A DNA stretch of 64,000 nucleotides from a virus (taxonomy: Duplodnaviria > Caudoviricetes), in IMG/VR virus record IMGVR_UViG_3300023048_000001, positions 110,627 through 174,626 of that record; one strand, given 5' to 3'. The translations under genes and the position numbers were made by a program. A model generated the notes under the pieces. That model was not told the origin of the DNA, ran no database searches, and saw nothing but the letters and a program-made list of their open reading frames with translations. Position 1 is the stretch's first letter, and each line of letters opens with the position of its first letter. This document shows, one piece after another, positions 59,310 through 64,000 of this stretch.

Positions 59310-59436
59310 TGGCGTTGTGTTCCTGAATCGAACAGGATTCACCCTCACAAATTGAGGGGATTCTAGCTACTAATCTTTTCGACCAATGTTTGGTAGGGGT
59401 ACTAGGATGTTTGCTTTGCCATTAAACTAACACAAC
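59310..59436 (-). ncRNA. expanded tRNA-like RNA (127 nt)
   Basis: GTTGTGT/ACACAAC-G-CCA, D-arm GTTT-AATGGC-AAAGC, T-arm TCCTG-TTCGATT-CAGGA, ~70-nt replaced centre. Confidence 0.75.
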
Positions 59437-59439
59437 ATA

Positions 59440-59748
59440 TTAACGATAATTCAAAATCTTTTCAACACATGTTTTGACGAAGATCGTATTATCACTGATA
59501 GCACAGATAAAGTAAACTCCGCTCTTCTTGACAATCTCAAAATCTTTACCATGCATAGATTTCATTTTATTTACATAAAATGGAACCTCTTTCCAAGATT
59601 GCAATACAACTCCATTCGATACTTGAGCTACGATCAACGATTCAGTCATCTTATAATTACCGAAGTAATTTCGAAAACGGAAATAGAATCGTTCTTTCAA
59701 TCGATCTACCGCATGTCGGGAGACCACGACTTTTGCTGTAATGCTCAT
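59440..59748 (-). CDS. hypothetical protein
   Basis: SRHAVDRLKER motif seen in RelE-fold-like phage proteins. Confidence 0.65.
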   Translation of the reverse strand: MSITAKVVVSRHAVDRLKERFYFRFRNYFGNYKMTESLIVAQVSNGVVLQSWKEVPFYVNKMKSMHGKDFEIVKKSGVYFICAISDNTIFVKTCVEKILNYR

Positions 59749-59765
59749 ATCAAAGTCTCTAAATT

Positions 59766-59841
59766 TGGTCCGCTCGGAGGGATTCGAACCCCCATAATGC
59801 CTAGTTAGAAGCTAGGTGCCCATCCCTTAGACCACGAGCGG
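59766..59841 (-). tRNA. tRNA-Arg(TCT)
   Basis: Cloverleaf, loop CT-TCT-AA, CCA. Confidence 0.92.
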
Positions 59842-60388
59842 AAAGTATTATCTATTATAGACAATTAATTGTTTGCTGTCCAGAGTATTTATTCTGCTTC
59901 AGCTTTCTTTTTATTTCCCTTCTCAGCCTTGACTACACCACTATCCATCATAGCGTCAATGACCACACGAACCGCAGTCATTCGGTTTTCGTACATGACA
60001 GACGGAATGACATCCTTGGACGGTGCTTTGAAGTATGCACTAAACCATTCATCATTGACTATGGCCTGAACCAGCCATTCATTAACAACGAGTGACTTAC
60101 AATTGAGAGCTACGTATTCGAAGCGTTCTTCATCAGTACGGATATTCATTAATGATCACCAAAAAACATATTAGCAATAATGGACCAAAGGATAAGCCAA
60201 CCAAAAGTACTTCCGGCCTGCGTAGTAAATTCGTGACTAGGGAATGGAACACCTGAGCATGCAGTCCAAACTACACTGATTAGACCAAGGATGATACCAA
60301 TTAAAATGACATTCATAGGATTCCTAGGGTTAAAGAAAATGGGACTAGGAATTGAACACTAGTCCCTTCCGCCCTCTCAAGGTTCGGT

Positions 60389-61132
60389 TTACTCGGCGCT
60401 GGTGGTATCTTCGCTGGTGACTTCAGTGGTATCGACGGTGGTTGTATCCGTGGCAGTGGTCGTGTCGGCCTTGGGAGCCTTCGGGGTACGAACCTTGCGA
60501 GCCGATGCCGGACGCTTATTGTAAAAATAGACCTGTGCAACTTCTTCGGTAAGTTCAAGTTCCTTCATTAGGAGAGGAACAGCAATCGACTTGGTAAGCT
60601 GGTCAGCCGGGAGTGCAGCAAGGAAAGCAGCAGCACGGTTGATCTTGCTATTCGGATCAGGCTTGCGACCACGCTTCTGTGGGGTCTTGACTACCGGAGT
60701 TGCAGTTGCGGTGGTTGTGGCGACAGTGGTATCTGTTAGAGCTACGGCAGTATCGTTCATTGTGTTTTCCTCAAATGTGTTGTGAATTAGGTCCGATTGG
60801 ACAATTAAAATGTTATCTTCGATTAATGTATTTGTCAAGTTAAATCGTTTTGCAGCTTGACGTGTCTTACGTTTCTTAACTTCAGGTTCTACGGGTGTTT
60901 CAATAACAGGTTCATCTTTTTCTGCAATATAATCATTGGAGATTAGATTCCAGCTTTTGAATACACTTTCTTCCTTATTTTCAAACTTAACAGTTACATC
61001 ATAATAGGGATATGACTGCTTATAGCCATGTTTTTCTTCAAAGAAGGAAACTTTCCCTACCTTTCCTGCATGCTTGCCAGTGTCAGTAACACGAACTTCT
61101 TTGCCCTTCTTTAACTCATTATCTGAAAGCAT
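60389..61132 (-). CDS. KOW-motif protein with nested in-frame Thr-rich DNA-binding-like product (60389..60760)
   Basis: GKEVRVTDTGKHAGKVGKV; internal promoter and RBS; KRGRKP motif. Confidence 0.6.
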   Translation of the reverse strand: MLSDNELKKGKEVRVTDTGKHAGKVGKVSFFEEKHGYKQSYPYYDVTVKFENKEESVFKSWNLISNDYIAEKDEPVIETPVEPEVKKRKTRQAAKRFNLTNTLIEDNILIVQSDLIHNTFEENTMNDTAVALTDTTVATTTATATPVVKTPQKRGRKPDPNSKINRAAAFLAALPADQLTKSIAVPLLMKELELTEEVAQVYFYNKRPASARKVRTPKAPKADTTTATDTTTVDTTEVTSEDTTSAE

Positions 61133-61133
61133 A

Positions 61134-61541
61134 TTATTTTCCTTTGTAGATAGGCTCTGCCTTTTCACCCTTGGGAATTACATACCTTTCTGATAAATGC
61201 TCAAAATAAGCTTCGTCCAAATATTTGACTTCCTTCTGGCATCGCTTCTCATGATTCTTCCAAGCTGCGATGGGGTCATTCTCAAAGAAAATCCATTTAA
61301 TGTCAATATCTGTTCCAAACACTTTATTTAAGTGCATTATAATCAAATCATGTCTGACCAAGATCATAGTAGCATCAGATATAATGATATCACTCTTTCC
61401 AGATTTTAATGCATCTTTATAATGATCATACTCACGACATGGGTTATCTATGAAGTAAGTATTTGGTTTTGTTAGGGATTTACCTAGAATGGTTTTACCA
61501 CTTCCCGGAAGTCCCATGATAACAGTTATTGTATATTTCAT
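61134..61541 (-). CDS. P-loop kinase (AAA_33 / polynucleotide-kinase-like domain)
   Basis: VIMGLPGSGKT, IIISDAT, AWKNHEKR. Confidence 0.7.
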   Translation of the reverse strand: MKYTITVIMGLPGSGKTILGKSLTKPNTYFIDNPCREYDHYKDALKSGKSDIIISDATMILVRHDLIIMHLNKVFGTDIDIKWIFFENDPIAAWKNHEKRCQKEVKYLDEAYFEHLSERYVIPKGEKAEPIYKGK

Positions 61542-61590
61542 ATAAAAGGGCAGATATTTCTATCTGCCCTGAAGGTTACGTATTGGTGAA

Positions 61591-61884
61591 TCAGCTTAGG
61601 CGGAAATCGATGTGGTCAACGATGTCCTTCCACTTGGTGGAACCATTGATTTCGGAGAGTTCGAAGCGACCCGACTTCAGGAATCGAGTATTTGCTTCAT
61701 TCACACCCTTATGGATGCGGCCAAGCACGATTTCACGGCCAATGGCCTTGACAAACTGATCCTTGGGATTGCAGTACGAAATACCGAAATCGACGGTGTT
61801 GGTGTCATCATTGATACGATAGCCAACGGTACGATTGCCGTAGGGATCGCGGAGGTGTGCAAACTTAAATTCCTGACGTGCCAT
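61591..61884 (-). CDS. conserved phage hypothetical protein
   Basis: GISYCNPKDQFVKAIGREIVLGR. Confidence 0.75.
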   Translation of the reverse strand: MARQEFKFAHLRDPYGNRTVGYRINDDTNTVDFGISYCNPKDQFVKAIGREIVLGRIHKGVNEANTRFLKSGRFELSEINGSTKWKDIVDHIDFRLS

Positions 61885-62299
61885 GATGGTGAAACCTATG
61901 TGTTGTGGGAGTGAAGTAAGTATAACAATTAATTTGTAAGAGTCAATCCAAGCCTTCCATCAATTCTTCATAGGTAGGCATATCTTCACGAGAGCCAAAT
62001 ACAAACTTGACATCAATGGTATCGTCAAATGCGTCATCGTCACCCGGACGATAGTTACCCTGCGCTGTTCTTACGATCATTTGCAATCAACTCCTTATAA
62101 CCATTGAGTAATTTTTGGTAGTTAAGATCAAACGCACTCACCAGTGATGCTTGCGCGATCAGGATGCCAGTCACGATATATTCAAGCTTAGCTTTCTCCA
62201 TATGGCTCATAGTGTTGGACTCTTTAATGTCCTTCTCGTAGCCATCGATTCGTAGCTGTAGACTGTTGAATGTTGAGATAGCCTTCTGTTTGGCCTTGG

Positions 62300-62926
62300 T
62301 CATTGCCATGACTGTTCTCTCTGTATAATGTATTTGATGGTGGTGATCTGAAGCTTAATTGCACGTTTAATAAGTTCAAAGGTAGCCTCATACTCAGGGT
62401 AGAGCTTGCGGGCTGTCTTGAGCATGGGAAGATGATACTCTTCCGTTTCATCGATATACCTTTGCATCTTCTCCATAGAGAAGACTCCAAGCATGGTCGA
62501 TAGGTTATGCCACCTGTCAACACCTTTCACGATAGCCGATTGTGGAGTGCTAATCAGACCAAGGAAATATGTCTCCTTGGGAAGCACATAGCCACGATGC
62601 TTCTTGGTCAATAGCTTGGCATCTGAGGCAATCTCAGGACCAAATTTATGATCAAGTTCTTCAAAGCCGATGTCATTGTCTTCAGGAGTATCGTGAAGGA
62701 ATGCCAGAGCGATACAGCGACGAAGCATGTCATCAGGAAGGCCAAAGGTACGGATCGTACTGGCAATCCAAATCTGGTGGTAGAACTCAGGAGTAACACC
62801 ATCCTTGCGCACACCAGAATGATGCTCTTCGGCATAATTCATGATTTTCAGTTCTTTCCAGAACTCTTTACCCTTGAGCCAAGAGTTCAAAGAAATACGT
62901 TCTTTTTCGATGTGGTTGAGTGACAT
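62300..62926 (-). CDS. HD-domain hydrolase (RelA/SpoT/Mesh1-like)
   Basis: HSGVRKDGVTPEFYH, AFLHDTPED, LLTK, VKGVDRWHNL. Confidence 0.85.
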   Translation of the reverse strand: MSLNHIEKERISLNSWLKGKEFWKELKIMNYAEEHHSGVRKDGVTPEFYHQIWIASTIRTFGLPDDMLRRCIALAFLHDTPEDNDIGFEELDHKFGPEIASDAKLLTKKHRGYVLPKETYFLGLISTPQSAIVKGVDRWHNLSTMLGVFSMEKMQRYIDETEEYHLPMLKTARKLYPEYEATFELIKRAIKLQITTIKYIIQREQSWQ

Positions 62927-63611
62927 AATTTTCTCCTTAGCGGGATAAGTAGTCTGCACAATTTAATTATAAAAGTCAATACGAAAAGACCCACTCAAGG
63001 GAGTGGGTCTATAAATTCAAAGCGGCCTTCTTCGTAAGGTATCTTCACGATTTGACCTAATTGGTTTATGAACAAATATTGATCAGCAATTTTAGAACTT
63101 ACAGGTAATCGACCAATGCAAACATACGTCTTACCAGCGTAAAAGCCATGTTGAATTAACCATTTAGAAAACCATAGATCATTGCATTTGATTATAGCTT
63201 CTCTCAGTTCTTGAGGTTTAAACATTTGAACCTCCGGCGAAAGATCATCCATGTTACACCACAAAGATTGCGGAATCATAAGGAATTGTCACAGTAACAC
63301 CGTCTTCACGAGTTAAGGTGATGTTTGTTCCGTTACGACTTCCTTCGTACTGCTTATAAAAATTCAGTCCAGCATTTGCAATGCTCTGACGCATTTCATC
63401 AGAGATATCAAAATGAAGACCTTCGTTAATCCAATACTTTTTCATTATCTTACCTTTTCATTAAGGAAATCGTTACGAAGCTGTTCCTGTTTATAATTCT
63501 CAATGGTGACCACAGCGTTGATAAGAACATCTGATACAGTCTTATTCTCAGCTAAAATTTTAGCTAAAGAACGCAAAGTACTAATCTGTTCATTCAAACT
63601 AGCTATGCTAC

Positions 63612-64000
63612 TCATGCTAGTTTGCTCTTGATTAGCTGTGATACCTTACTCATGTCGGCCTTTCCAGCTAGTTCAGCCTTTACAAGAGCCATGATCTTGC
63701 CCATATCCTTCAGGGTGGCGCTTCCAACAGTTTCGAAGGCCTTGGTAACGGATGCAAGGATGGCTTCCTCTGAGGCCTGCTCAGGGAGGAATTCCTTGAT
63801 GATCTTGAGTTCTGCTTCTTCCTTATCGGAAAGATCAGTACGCTTGGCAGCGATGAACTGCTCAATCGAGTCAAGACGCTGCTTGATCATCTTTTGAATG
63901 ATTGTAACGATGGATGGGTCATCCAGTTCGGTACGTGTGTCTACTTCCTGCTGCTTAATGGCTGCAAGAACAAGAGAAAGGGTTTGTGAACGTGCGGAAT
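63612..64000 (-). CDS. yqeY: GatB/YqeY domain protein (5' end outside window)
   Basis: Frame open to window edge: LAAIKQQEVDTRTELDD...KMIKQRLDSIEQF...KDMGKIMALVK...GKADMSKVS. Confidence 0.92.
   Translation of the reverse strand, partial: SARSQTLSLVLAAIKQQEVDTRTELDDPSIVTIIQKMIKQRLDSIEQFIAAKRTDLSDKEEAELKIIKEFLPEQASEEAILASVTKAFETVGSATLKDMGKIMALVKAELAGKADMSKVSQLIKSKLA

Noticed and set aside
1009-63897. Most plus-strand ORFs in the track
   Set aside because: Antisense shadows of minus-strand genes; only 7547 and the 11497-14956 block have RBS and promoter support.
1-64000. CRISPR array
   Set aside because: No run of 25-45-nt repeats with unique equal-length spacers, and no cas genes; the repeats found are dispersed or short tandem.

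Overview
A 64-kb segment of a large lytic dsDNA phage, probably T4-like or jumbo, with a Gram-negative (proteobacterial) host inferred. It contains no structural or core replication genes. It is an accessory region of well over 100 short, mostly minus-strand ORFs driven by many near-consensus sigma70 promoters and a few TATAAATA late-type sites. Recognisable proteins are RNA ligases of the Rnl1 and Rnl2 families, a PNK-like kinase domain, a HAD phosphatase, a nucleotidyltransferase, an HD (SpoT-like) hydrolase, YqeY, two SleB-type hydrolases, an L,D-transpeptidase, SprT, two GNATs, SET, HNH, PcfJ-like and amidoligase-like proteins. The most striking content is non-coding. (1) About 12 near-canonical tRNAs sit beside about 20 tRNA-shaped RNAs that keep the acceptor stem and D/T elbow but have rebuilt anticodon or variable regions, doubled T-arms or co-varied elbows; one is an amber (CUA) tRNA with a 52-nt D-loop insertion. 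(2) An ~850-nt GOLLD-like RNA with an embedded tRNA is preceded by a complete type I hammerhead ribozyme. (3) Several further orphan structured RNAs are present. (4) A three-copy DNA module (CTGAAC direct-repeat left site, 520-560 bp cargo, TTACGC-TT-GCGTAA right site) flanks the two GNAT genes and an origin-like locus at ~16 kb, where GC skew and a TAGG/CCTA motif change polarity. All calls come from reading the sequence by eye; no database searches or folding programs were run, and many ORFs under ~90 aa are not listed individually.
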